64,000 nucleotides of DNA, taken from NCBI GenBank assembly GCA_964636865.1, contig CAZWVJ010000006.1, positions 24,882 through 88,881 of the forward strand, in the 5' to 3' direction. The DNA is from an uncultured Syntrophomonadaceae bacterium (GTDB lineage Bacteria; Bacillota; Dethiobacteria; DTU022; PWGO01). The notes below the pieces were generated by a model. It saw nothing but the letters and a program-made list of their open reading frames with translations. It did not search any database and had not been told where the DNA came from. The translations under genes were made by a program, and so were the position numbers. Shown piece by piece: positions 20,378 to 28,559 of this stretch (its first letter is position 1; every line of letters begins with the position of its first letter).

Positions 20378-21215
20378 AAGTCGGCCTCCTCAAACGCGGA
20401 TCCAGAGCAGATTCCAAAGCGTAACCCACCAGGGCAAAAGCAATAATAGTAAAAGATATAGCCAGCGCCGGCGGTAGTAACCACCACAACCAGGCCTCGG
20501 TAAACATAAATTCCCGGGCATAATGCAACATCAGCCCCCAGCTTTTCTGAGTAGGATCAAATATACCCAAAAAAGCCATTCCGGCCTCCATAAATACAGC
20601 CCGGCGCACCATCTGGACAAAATTAACCGCCAAAAGGGGGTAAAGCTCGGGGACCAGGTGACGGGCAGCCACATAACTATTGCCGGCGCCAAAATGCCGG
20701 GCAGCGGCTATATGCCCCTGTCCTCTTAAAGTAAGAACCTGCGCCCATATTATGCGGGCACCCGGGGGCCAAAACAGGAGGGAAAACAATGCTACCAAGG
20801 TAAATTCCCCCGGTTGCACATACGCCGCCACCAAAAGCACTACCAGGAATATGGGAATTACCAGCATGACATCCACCAGGCGCAGGATCAAACGCTCTGC
20901 CCAGCCCCGGAAAATACCGGCTATTAACCCTATACAAAGACTGATCAGGGTAGCAAATAAAGCAGACAGGGTGCCCACCATTAAAGTGGTGCGAGCACCG
21001 TAAAGCAGTTCGCTAAAAATGTCCTGCCCTACTTCATTAGTGCCCAGCAAGTGAGATAAAGAGGGAGAACTCAACGGCTCAGCAACGTAAGCAAAAGGAT
21101 CATAGGGTGCCAGCCAGGCAGCACCAACAGCTGCTACTGCCAGCAAACCGATCATATAGAGGCCTTTGCGGCCCATGCAGTCTTTCTTAAGTTCGTTCCA
21201 ATAATTGACGTGCAT
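20364..21215 (-). CDS. ABC transporter permease (DppC/OppC/NikC family)
   Basis: 283 aa polytopic membrane protein with the binding-protein-dependent transport signature region. It overlaps its neighbours, which indicates translational coupling. The start may instead be the internal M near 21176. Confidence 0.8.
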   Translation of the reverse strand: MHVNYWNELKKDCMGRKGLYMIGLLAVAAVGAAWLAPYDPFAYVAEPLSSPSLSHLLGTNEVGQDIFSELLYGARTTLMVGTLSALFATLISLCIGLIAGIFRGWAERLILRLVDVMLVIPIFLVVLLVAAYVQPGEFTLVALFSLLFWPPGARIIWAQVLTLRGQGHIAAARHFGAGNSYVAARHLVPELYPLLAVNFVQMVRRAVFMEAGMAFLGIFDPTQKSWGLMLHYAREFMFTEAWLWWLLPPALAISFTIIAFALVGYALESALDPRLRRPTYAGD

Positions 21216-22173
21216 CTTTTTCCCTCAATCTGGGATCAATTTTTTGAGAACCCCAATCAGCCAAAAAGTTAAAAAGTAACACACAGACGGTGATCAAGAG
21301 CAAACAACCATGTATGGTAGGATAATCATGATACTGCACAGCCACGTAAAACAGGTGCCCTAATCCGGGATAAGCAAAAACAATTTCTACAAAGAGCACC
21401 CCGGTAAACAACAACCCCACACTCATTCCCAAACGGGTAATAACCGGAGACAAAGCCCCTCTAGCTGCATGCCTGTAGCGAACCAAGCGGTCTCTTAAGC
21501 CTTTGCTCCTGGCTGTAAAAACATAAGGTTTCCCTTTTACATTAATGAGGGCACTCCTCATAAGCAAAAAATTCCGCGGCAGCTGCCCCAGGGTTAAAGT
21601 TAAAGCAGGTAAAAAAAGGTGCCGGGAAATATCCGCCAGGCGGGCCAATCCGGTATAATCCATGTGCGGGGAAGCTCCCCCGGAGATAGGAAATAAAGGC
21701 AGAAAAAAACCCAATAATAGCAAGAGCAAAATGCCCAATACAAATCCCGGCATACCGTTTAGTAACATAACCAGCACCATGGAAACCCGATCAAATTTCA
21801 ATCCCCGCCTCCAGGCAGATTCCACTCCCCAAATGATGCCCAGCACCCCCGAAACTAAAAGGGAAGTAACAACCAGCATAAGCGTCCAGGGCAGAGCACC
21901 TAAGAGCACCTGGGAAACAGGAGCGCGGAAATAGTAGGAATAACCCAAATCTCCTTGGAAAAGGTTTGAAAAGTAAACCACAAATTGTTCCCCTATTGGC
22001 TTATCCAGGCCGTATCTTTCCAGCAGGTAAGATTCCATCTGCGGAGTCATCTCCACCAGCGCGCCTCCGTACATAGCCGAAAGGGGATCCCCGGGCATGA
22101 GACGGGGAATAATAAAGTTCAATATGAGTATAATTAGCAGAGCCAGGGCATAATCTCCGATACGTCTTCTCAA
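21187..22173 (-). CDS. ABC transporter permease (DppB/OppB/NikB family)
   Basis: 328 aa. Six predicted transmembrane helices and a DppB-like N-terminus. Confidence 0.8.
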   Translation of the reverse strand: MRRRIGDYALALLIILILNFIIPRLMPGDPLSAMYGGALVEMTPQMESYLLERYGLDKPIGEQFVVYFSNLFQGDLGYSYYFRAPVSQVLLGALPWTLMLVVTSLLVSGVLGIIWGVESAWRRGLKFDRVSMVLVMLLNGMPGFVLGILLLLLLGFFLPLFPISGGASPHMDYTGLARLADISRHLFLPALTLTLGQLPRNFLLMRSALINVKGKPYVFTARSKGLRDRLVRYRHAARGALSPVITRLGMSVGLLFTGVLFVEIVFAYPGLGHLFYVAVQYHDYPTIHGCLLLITVCVLLFNFLADWGSQKIDPRLREKDARQLLERT

Positions 22174-22257
22174 CTCCGCAAATCTCCTTTCTTCCGAGGT
22201 CTACCGGTTATTCAGCTTTTATTTATTTTTCCGGAATTTAACTGTAATTTAAAGCTT

Positions 22258-23847
22258 CTACCCCTCATCTACCAAAGCCATCTTATTCAAGGGGAGGGGG
22301 GTGCCCACACCTATTCCGTCCCTGGTAAAAAACCAATCCACCGTCTCGTCATAAGCAAAATACCAGGTAGGGTAATGTAAGGTGTAGGAAGGTATTTCTT
22401 CGGCAAAAATGCGCTGCATCTCTTCTGCAAGTTCTTTCCTTTTTGATAAATCCATCTCCCTGGCCTGGCTTTGCAGCGCTTCTTTAAGGGGAGGATAATC
22501 ATAACGGGTATTCAAATGGGGAGAAGCTTTCCCTAACATAAACCTCCAAAATATTTCCGGATCTCCTCCCAGGCCGCCATGAGCAGTAATAGCCATGTCA
22601 TAATTCCAATCCCTTATACGATTATCAACCACGTTTCTTTCGGCACTCCTGGTTTCTATCTTAAGCCCTAACTCTTCCAGTTGCCCGGCCACTATTTCGG
22701 CTTCCCGGGAATAATCCGCCGCAGTTAAAAGCTCCAAGGACAAGGGCTCTCCATCTTCATCTTCGAATTCTTCACCCCGGAAGGAATAGCCCATTTCTTC
22801 AATCATACGGCGAGCTTTTTCCATATTTTGCTCATAGTCCGGAAGAGCATCTTCACCGGCAAACCAATAGCTGTCAGGGGAAATCATGCCCGGGCTTCCG
22901 GGAATTCCGTGGCCACGCAAAGCTCTTTCCACCAGGTTCTCCAGGTCTATTGCCCGCGCTACCGCCTGTCGAAATTCTAATTGGTCAAAAGGCTCCCGGG
23001 TATGGTTAAACATAAGTTTCAGGTTAAAGTCGTGCTCCCCCTGGACCACTTCATAACCTGCATTTTCCAGAGTTTCTTTTGCTTCAGCTTCTACCATTGC
23101 ATAATTTACATCGCCCCGCTGCAATGCCAAATGAGGATCGCTTACTTTAATGAACATTAATTGCTCTACCAGAGGCTCACCCAGATAATACTCCGGATTT
23201 GCCTCGTAACGATAAAGTCCCTCTTCTCTCCGGTATTTTTCCAGTTCGTAGGGTCCTGTACCTATCGCTGCTTCCGCAGTAGTAAATTCTTCCGGTTCAT
23301 CCACTTCTTCCCATATATGGCGCGGCAGAATAGGCATTACTCCCGCCACATTATTCAAAAAAGGTGCATAAGGTTCTTCCAGGTATATTTTAACTGTGTG
23401 CTCATCCAATTTTTCAATATCTTTAATTTTCTCTATTTGCGCCCAATGCGAGGGATGCTTCTCATAATACTCGTAGGTAAAAACCACATCTGCGGCAGAA
23501 AAAGATTCCCCATCATGCCAATTTACTCCTTCCCTAAGACTAAAGGTATAGCTAAGTTCATCTTCCGCAAAAGACCAATCTTTGGCCAGGGCCTCAGTAA
23601 AACCCTCGCTGTCTTTCCATACCAGTGTATCAAATAGGTAAGACAGGCGAAGATATCCCGGACCCCGGGGATAAGAAGTATAAGGCGTAGGGTAACCCCA
23701 ATCACCGTCTTCATCGCCGATAATATAGGTTTCGGCAGAAGTATCTTCCGCAGGCGAACTTGAACAGGATATTCCTGTAACTGCCAGAACAACAATTAAT
23801 AATGTGGCCAGGCCGATTACAAGTTTGTTTTTCATTATAAACTTCAC
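22258..23847 (-). CDS. ABC transporter substrate-binding protein, SBP family 5 (peptide/nickel type), probable lipoprotein
   Basis: 529 aa. N-terminal signal peptide ending ...LAVTGISCSS. Family-5 solute-binding protein fold length. It is the first structural gene of the importer operon. Confidence 0.8.
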   Translation of the reverse strand: MKFIMKNKLVIGLATLLIVVLAVTGISCSSSPAEDTSAETYIIGDEDGDWGYPTPYTSYPRGPGYLRLSYLFDTLVWKDSEGFTEALAKDWSFAEDELSYTFSLREGVNWHDGESFSAADVVFTYEYYEKHPSHWAQIEKIKDIEKLDEHTVKIYLEEPYAPFLNNVAGVMPILPRHIWEEVDEPEEFTTAEAAIGTGPYELEKYRREEGLYRYEANPEYYLGEPLVEQLMFIKVSDPHLALQRGDVNYAMVEAEAKETLENAGYEVVQGEHDFNLKLMFNHTREPFDQLEFRQAVARAIDLENLVERALRGHGIPGSPGMISPDSYWFAGEDALPDYEQNMEKARRMIEEMGYSFRGEEFEDEDGEPLSLELLTAADYSREAEIVAGQLEELGLKIETRSAERNVVDNRIRDWNYDMAITAHGGLGGDPEIFWRFMLGKASPHLNTRYDYPPLKEALQSQAREMDLSKRKELAEEMQRIFAEEIPSYTLHYPTWYFAYDETVDWFFTRDGIGVGTPLPLNKMALVDEG

Positions 23848-23907
23848 TCCTTCATAGTTTGTTCAAGGGGATCCGGCAGCCTCAAAATCCCGGTAACTTA
23901 AAAAAAT

Positions 23908-24501
23908 CTAAATGCAGTCCGGGCAAGCAAATTTGCCCTGCTTAACCCTTGCCCTTGGTTCCATAACTCCTTCTCCACAAAAAGCACACTGAATAGTTTC
24001 AAAAATGCGTGCTTTGGGAGGTATATCCAGCGGAACTGTTTGCACTTCCATAATATTTTCCAGGGGTTCCTGAAGCATTTTATCAGTGAGCTGTTGGTGC
24101 AGTTCCTGAAACCGGCGTTTCTCTTCCGGTGAAACCTCCTCCGTAAAAACTATTTTCCTTAATTCCGCCCACTCCGGTGGCGCTAAATTATTAAGGGCAT
24201 CATACTTTAAAACACACCGTATCCCTTTATCCCGGCTTCTTACTCCAAAAGTAAAAGCTTGTTTTCCCAAGTCACGGTAAATAAAATTACCTTTGCCAAA
24301 AGTACAACCGGTGAGCACTTGCACAGCATCAGCACCGCAAGCATCAGTTTCTACTATGGCCACCAATTCCTCGTCTTCTGATCTTTCTTGGTCCAAGCGC
24401 TTAAGGGCTTCCTGGGCAGCTCGGTAACCCATGGCTAATCCCGGGCATGTGTGCCCATGAAAATCTACAACTTTTTCCCACGGAGACATTTCATTACACA
24501 A
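23908..24501 (-). CDS. FmdE-family protein (formylmethanofuran dehydrogenase subunit E-like domain) with C-terminal zinc ribbon
   Basis: Motif FHGHTCPGLAMGYRAA is the FmdE family hallmark. The C-terminus has CAFCGEG...CPDC. It sits after the fba terminator and 60 nt upstream of the ABC importer, so it is probably the operon leader. Confidence 0.7.
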   Translation of the reverse strand: MCNEMSPWEKVVDFHGHTCPGLAMGYRAAQEALKRLDQERSEDEELVAIVETDACGADAVQVLTGCTFGKGNFIYRDLGKQAFTFGVRSRDKGIRCVLKYDALNNLAPPEWAELRKIVFTEEVSPEEKRRFQELHQQLTDKMLQEPLENIMEVQTVPLDIPPKARIFETIQCAFCGEGVMEPRARVKQGKFACPDCI

Positions 24502-24675
24502 GTCGATTCCTCCTTATCAATTAACAATTGTTTAAGCAACTAATTAGTGTTACTTTTCTTTAATATCGTAACACATATTGAGCAAAAACAAAAGTTTTTT
24601 ATCATTTTTTTATTAACTTTTTTATTAACGAAAAAGATTTTGCTCACAGCGATATATTTTTCAGCACCAAACACA

Positions 24676-24712
24676 AAAATCCCCTTTATTAATACGTAAT
24701 AAAGGGGATTTT
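24676..24712 (-). terminator. Rho-independent terminator downstream of fba (potentially bidirectional)
   Basis: Perfect inverted repeat AAATCCCCTTTATT / AATAAAGGGGATTT with a 7-nt loop. It is flanked by A/T runs on both sides. It lies about 30 nt beyond the fba stop. Confidence 0.7.
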
Positions 24713-24743
24713 TGCACATTTTTTGCAAATATTATCCTAAATT

Positions 24744-25673
24744 TTAAGCCTTATTTTCGCAGCCTAAAACATTAATAATTTTATGTTTTACTACCTCACT
24801 AATAGCCTCTCGAGCGGGGCGAAGATACTTTCGCGGGTCAAAGTCGCCGGGATTTTCACCCATATGCTCTCTGATCTTGGCCGTAAATGCAAGCCGTAGA
24901 TCGGTATCAATATTTATTTTGCAAACAGCCATCTGCGACGCTTTTCTCAACATATCCTCCGGAACCCCTTGAGCGCCGGATATATTGCCGCCATATTTGT
25001 TTATCTTCTCCACATACTCAGGCATTACCGAAGAAGCGCCATGTAACACTATAGGGAAGCCCGGCACTCTTTTCTGAATTTCCTCCAGAATATCGAACCG
25101 AAGTGTTGGTTCTCCCTTAAATTTATAAGCCCCGTGACTGGTACCTATAGCTATGGCCAGGGAATCTACCCCGGTTCTTTCCACAAATTCTTGCACTTCA
25201 TCAGGGTCAGTAAATAAAGCATCTTCTTCAGAAACATTAACCGCATCTTCAATACCGGCCAGGCGCCCCAGCTCTCCTTCCACTACTACACCCCTTTCAT
25301 GGGCATAGTCTACTACCCTTTTGGTTATTTCAATATTTTCTTCAAACGAATAATGTGAACCATCGATCATGACAGAGGAAAAACCGCCATCAATAACCGC
25401 TTTGCATATCTCGAAACTTTCTCCGTGATCCAGATGTAAGCATACAGGCAAGTTCGTTTCTTCCAGGGCTGCTTCCACCAGCTTCATCAAATAAGTGTGG
25501 TTGGCATACTTCCTAGCTCCCGCCGAAACTTGCAAAATTAACGGCGCATTTAATTCCTTGGCCGACTCGGTGATACCCTGGATAATTTCCATGTTATTCA
25601 CATTAAATGCTCCAATAGCGTAACCACCATCATAAGCCTTTTTGAACATTTCTTCTGAATTAACAATGGGCAT
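24744..25673 (-). CDS. fba: Class II fructose-1,6-bisphosphate aldolase
   Basis: 309 aa. Matches class II FBA throughout (GAFNVNN...LDHG...HGASS...). Colinear with Bacillus FbaA. Confidence 0.9.
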   Translation of the reverse strand: MPIVNSEEMFKKAYDGGYAIGAFNVNNMEIIQGITESAKELNAPLILQVSAGARKYANHTYLMKLVEAALEETNLPVCLHLDHGESFEICKAVIDGGFSSVMIDGSHYSFEENIEITKRVVDYAHERGVVVEGELGRLAGIEDAVNVSEEDALFTDPDEVQEFVERTGVDSLAIAIGTSHGAYKFKGEPTLRFDILEEIQKRVPGFPIVLHGASSVMPEYVEKINKYGGNISGAQGVPEDMLRKASQMAVCKINIDTDLRLAFTAKIREHMGENPGDFDPRKYLRPAREAISEVVKHKIINVLGCENKA

Positions 25674-25940
25674 GATTATCAGCTCCTTTTAATATAATAT
25701 CTTCATATTCAAAACTATAATGTAAAATTTTGACCTCTTTTTCTTCTTTTCATACTTTAATCATAAGTACTGGCTGTTTAATTTTCAACCATTTCTCACA
25801 ATCTGTCCGTAAGCCTACAATTTATTAACCCTGACACTGCAATCGCTATTATATATTCCAATTTCAAAAGGAGAGGATTCCATGTTATATTTTTGATAAT
25901 TGGCCTTCTGAAATTAATATTAACTCATTTAAGTTAATCT

Positions 25941-26363
25941 TTAACGGTTTATATTTCTTTTAATATCTTTTACTTCATAGTAAATATAAAATAATAACAA
26001 GATAATTTCCAGGTATATTCTAAAAAGAATTATAACGATGAGAGCGCCAAGAGGAGCAAATATCAAGGCAGCAATAAAATTTCCCCAGTTGCCATAAGGG
26101 CCAAGGGCAGCACCCAGGGCACTTATAATTATAGCCAGAGCCGCAAGTCCAATGCCCACAACCCCCAGGATGAAAACCACCCGGATTACATTGGGGGTAA
26201 CCATTTCCTTTATGTCAAAATCAAACAAGGAAGTAAAAAATTTTTTGCTTCCCGGCTCTGAAGCCGAGAATTCACCCGGTTTACTATCAGAAACGCCGCA
26301 AGTCGGACAAAAAGTTTCATCCGGAAACTCTTCATTACATTTACTGCAGTAAGCCACTGTCAA
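25941..26363 (-). CDS. Zinc-ribbon + DUF4282-type membrane protein (hypothetical)
   Basis: 140 aa. N-terminal CSKCN...CPTCG zinc ribbon. DUF4282-like segment FFTSLFDFDIKEMVTPNVIRVVFILG followed by two hydrophobic helices. Confidence 0.5.
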   Translation of the reverse strand: MTVAYCSKCNEEFPDETFCPTCGVSDSKPGEFSASEPGSKKFFTSLFDFDIKEMVTPNVIRVVFILGVVGIGLAALAIIISALGAALGPYGNWGNFIAALIFAPLGALIVIILFRIYLEIILLLFYIYYEVKDIKRNINR

Positions 26364-26752
26364 ACCTCCCCTTAAATTCTATTATCGTTTCTTTTATTTC
26401 CCCGAGCAATTATAGTTATGAAAAAAATTATTTTTCCATCAGTTATAGATTTTTTAATATCTTATCAGTTGATTCCTCTTCTCTGTGTTATTATACAAAC
26501 CCTTTTTCTTCTAATAAATTAAGACATGAAAAATAACAATTATTACTATACTACTGGAAAAGCTGCCAGATGGATATTTATATGTCAAGACGACACCAAT
26601 GGGAAAATGAAGTAAAAGACTACCAAATACTAAAATACTATATGCTAACCCCGCATTTGAATCCATCATAGGGCTAAAAAAAGAAGAACTCGTGGACAAA
26701 AGTTTTTCGGAAATAATAGTAGAAGAACAACTACAAACAAATAAAATAAGTA

Positions 26753-26923
26753 TTAATGGAGAGGATAAAAAGGCATACCTTTGGTGTTTCCAAAATACTG
26801 GAACATTTTGGTACTTCCACAATCATTGCATACAACGTTTAGCCCTTTTTCTTTTTCTGCAACAGTCGCCCTTACCTCTTTTGTTTGGCGGCAATCCTCA
26901 CAAATAAAATCATAAACAGGCAT
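26753..26923 (-). CDS. FmdB-family zinc-ribbon protein (putative regulatory protein)
   Basis: 56 aa. MPVYDFICEDCRQTKEV...CNDCGS matches the FmdB signature MP-x-YE/DF-x-C-x-x-C...C-x-x-CG. AAGGAGG lies 7 nt upstream of ATG 26923. The 71-aa track ORF begins at an upstream alternative start. Confidence 0.65.
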   Translation of the reverse strand: MPVYDFICEDCRQTKEVRATVAEKEKGLNVVCNDCGSTKMFQYFGNTKGMPFYPLH

Positions 26924-26986
26924 ACAACAACCTCCTTTGATTTTAATAATTATCCACGAACCAAACATTTTAAAAAGCAGCGCTTG

Positions 26987-28534
26987 TTACTTCTCTTCCA
27001 TTTGCTTCATAATCTCTTCCCCTATAGCGTTTGCGCCACCAAATATAAATACATGGGGAAGTAAATCTGATGATAATGAATTCAGATAATCAACCACTGA
27101 CAGGGGCATATCTGTAGGTCCGGCAAGCAACATCGGAGCTTCAAGGGTAGCCGCATAGGCTCCACCGCTTAAAGCGTCGGGAAAATCTAAACCACTGGCA
27201 ATGGTAACATTAGAAGGCCCCTCAAAAAACCTTTCCGCTAAATTCACCGCAGTCTCCCACCGATTATTCCCCGCAATACGCTCACCGGCACCGGATTCTT
27301 CATATACTTCCTCACTGAGAACAGAGGCGCCTCCCACAACATAGACCTCCTCTAAATCATCCTTATAGCTTCTCAAAAATTCCTCCGTCTTTACATCCAA
27401 AGAGGAAGAAGGAGACAGCAAAGTTATACCTCCCCCGCTGGCAGCCACACTGGAGACAGCTAACGCATCAGGAAAATTCTCTCCCGTAGCCATAAAAACA
27501 GGAAAATTGCCTTCCTCCTTTTTCAAAAACTTTTTCCCTACCTTCACCGCAGTTTCATAACGATCGTTCCCGGCAAGCCTTTTCACTTCATAATCATAGT
27601 TTTCTTCTATCTCATATTGAACCTCCGCAGAAATAGCTGCATCACCGCCTAAAATATAAACAGTGCCATCAGACCGTAGTACACGTTCTATTTCTGCAGC
27701 AGTATCATCATGCAACCTATCCGCAGGGGTAAGCAAAAGAGGGCCATTGCTGTGATAAGCAAAGGGGCTCCCCGCCAAAGCATCGGAAAATTCATCTCCC
27801 CGTGCCAAAACCACCGCATCCGCCGATTGAGAATTGGGAAACGCTTCCCGGCTTATCTCCATCGCCGTCCGGTAGCGCGATTCTCCGAAAATACGATTCT
27901 TTGATTTAACAGATACAAGGACCTCCGTTCTTAATAACCCCCGGAGAAAATCATTAACAATACTTTCTCCATAAGTTGAAGACGGAGCCCATCTACCTCC
28001 GAGTTCTTCTACATATTTAATTGTCCCGGCCCAACTGGTAGTCAATACTACATAATATCTTCCATGGGGTTCACCCACAGGGTCAATATCTACATAAGCT
28101 CCAATATGATTAAAATGGCCACGGACGCCATCTTCCGGAGTGTCGAATTTTTCATGAGCGTCAGGGCAATCACAGGGCCCTCCCTCTGCTGTTTTGATGC
28201 CGGCCCAATTGTTAAAACAAGGCTCCACGACGCCGCCATATCTACCAAAAGCTGTTTCCTTGGCTGACTGCGCATAGAGAACTTCCGGCCTGATACCCAT
28301 TAACCTGCCATACTCCCAGTAAGTTGGCGCAATATCTATAAACCTCTGGTGAGCATCCCTGCTTTGAGCCCATTTTTGCGCTTGAGAAACAGAAATTTCC
28401 GGTTCACCTATTATAGGAGTTTTAGAAGAACAAACATTAATTTCTTCAGTCCATAAAACCTCATGCCCTAAAGCCAGGGAAAAAAATAGGGCTACCACAC
28501 AAATAATTAAAGTGTAACTTATTTTTTTTACCAT
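26987..28534 (-). CDS. Cell-wall hydrolase: N-terminal mannosyl-glycoprotein endo-beta-N-acetylglucosaminidase (GH73-like) domain + 3 CWB2 cell-wall-binding repeats
   Basis: 515 aa. Signal peptide. Glucosaminidase motif SAKETAFGRY...NNWAGIK. Three repeats of the ...NRYETAV...FPDALAGS...type (CWB2, as in clostridial Cwp proteins). Confidence 0.7.
   Translation of the reverse strand: MVKKISYTLIICVVALFFSLALGHEVLWTEEINVCSSKTPIIGEPEISVSQAQKWAQSRDAHQRFIDIAPTYWEYGRLMGIRPEVLYAQSAKETAFGRYGGVVEPCFNNWAGIKTAEGGPCDCPDAHEKFDTPEDGVRGHFNHIGAYVDIDPVGEPHGRYYVVLTTSWAGTIKYVEELGGRWAPSSTYGESIVNDFLRGLLRTEVLVSVKSKNRIFGESRYRTAMEISREAFPNSQSADAVVLARGDEFSDALAGSPFAYHSNGPLLLTPADRLHDDTAAEIERVLRSDGTVYILGGDAAISAEVQYEIEENYDYEVKRLAGNDRYETAVKVGKKFLKKEEGNFPVFMATGENFPDALAVSSVAASGGGITLLSPSSSLDVKTEEFLRSYKDDLEEVYVVGGASVLSEEVYEESGAGERIAGNNRWETAVNLAERFFEGPSNVTIASGLDFPDALSGGAYAATLEAPMLLAGPTDMPLSVVDYLNSLSSDLLPHVFIFGGANAIGEEIMKQMEEK
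26990..27890. repeat. Approximately 0.9-kb direct repeat, copy A (CWB2-repeat coding region of the glucosaminidase)
   Basis: Long runs of near-identical nucleotides shared with 28563-29480 (for example ccaccgcttaaagc[a/g]tcgggaaaatctaaaccactggcaa...). Antisense pseudo-ORFs 27710-27904 and 29298-29486 are also mirrored. Confidence 0.8.
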
Positions 28535-28559
28535 AAGAAAGCTCCTTGTATTTTGATTT

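Noticed and set aside
24540-24728. 62-aa minus-strand ORF between FmdE and fba
   Set aside because: It runs through the rho-independent terminator hairpin (24676-24712) and an AT-rich promoter region. It is more likely non-coding.
26511-26822. 103-aa Ser-rich minus-strand ORF overlapping the FmdB gene
   Set aside because: It overlaps the well-supported FmdB-like CDS (strong ribosome-binding site, family signature) in another frame. It has a low-complexity translation and no ribosome-binding site.
27710-27904. Mirrored small plus-strand ORFs 27710-27904 and 29298-29486 (MQ[P/S]I[R/L]RGKQK...)
   Set aside because: They are antisense to the duplicated CWB2-repeat regions of the two hydrolase genes. 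They appear twice only because the underlying DNA is a direct repeat.
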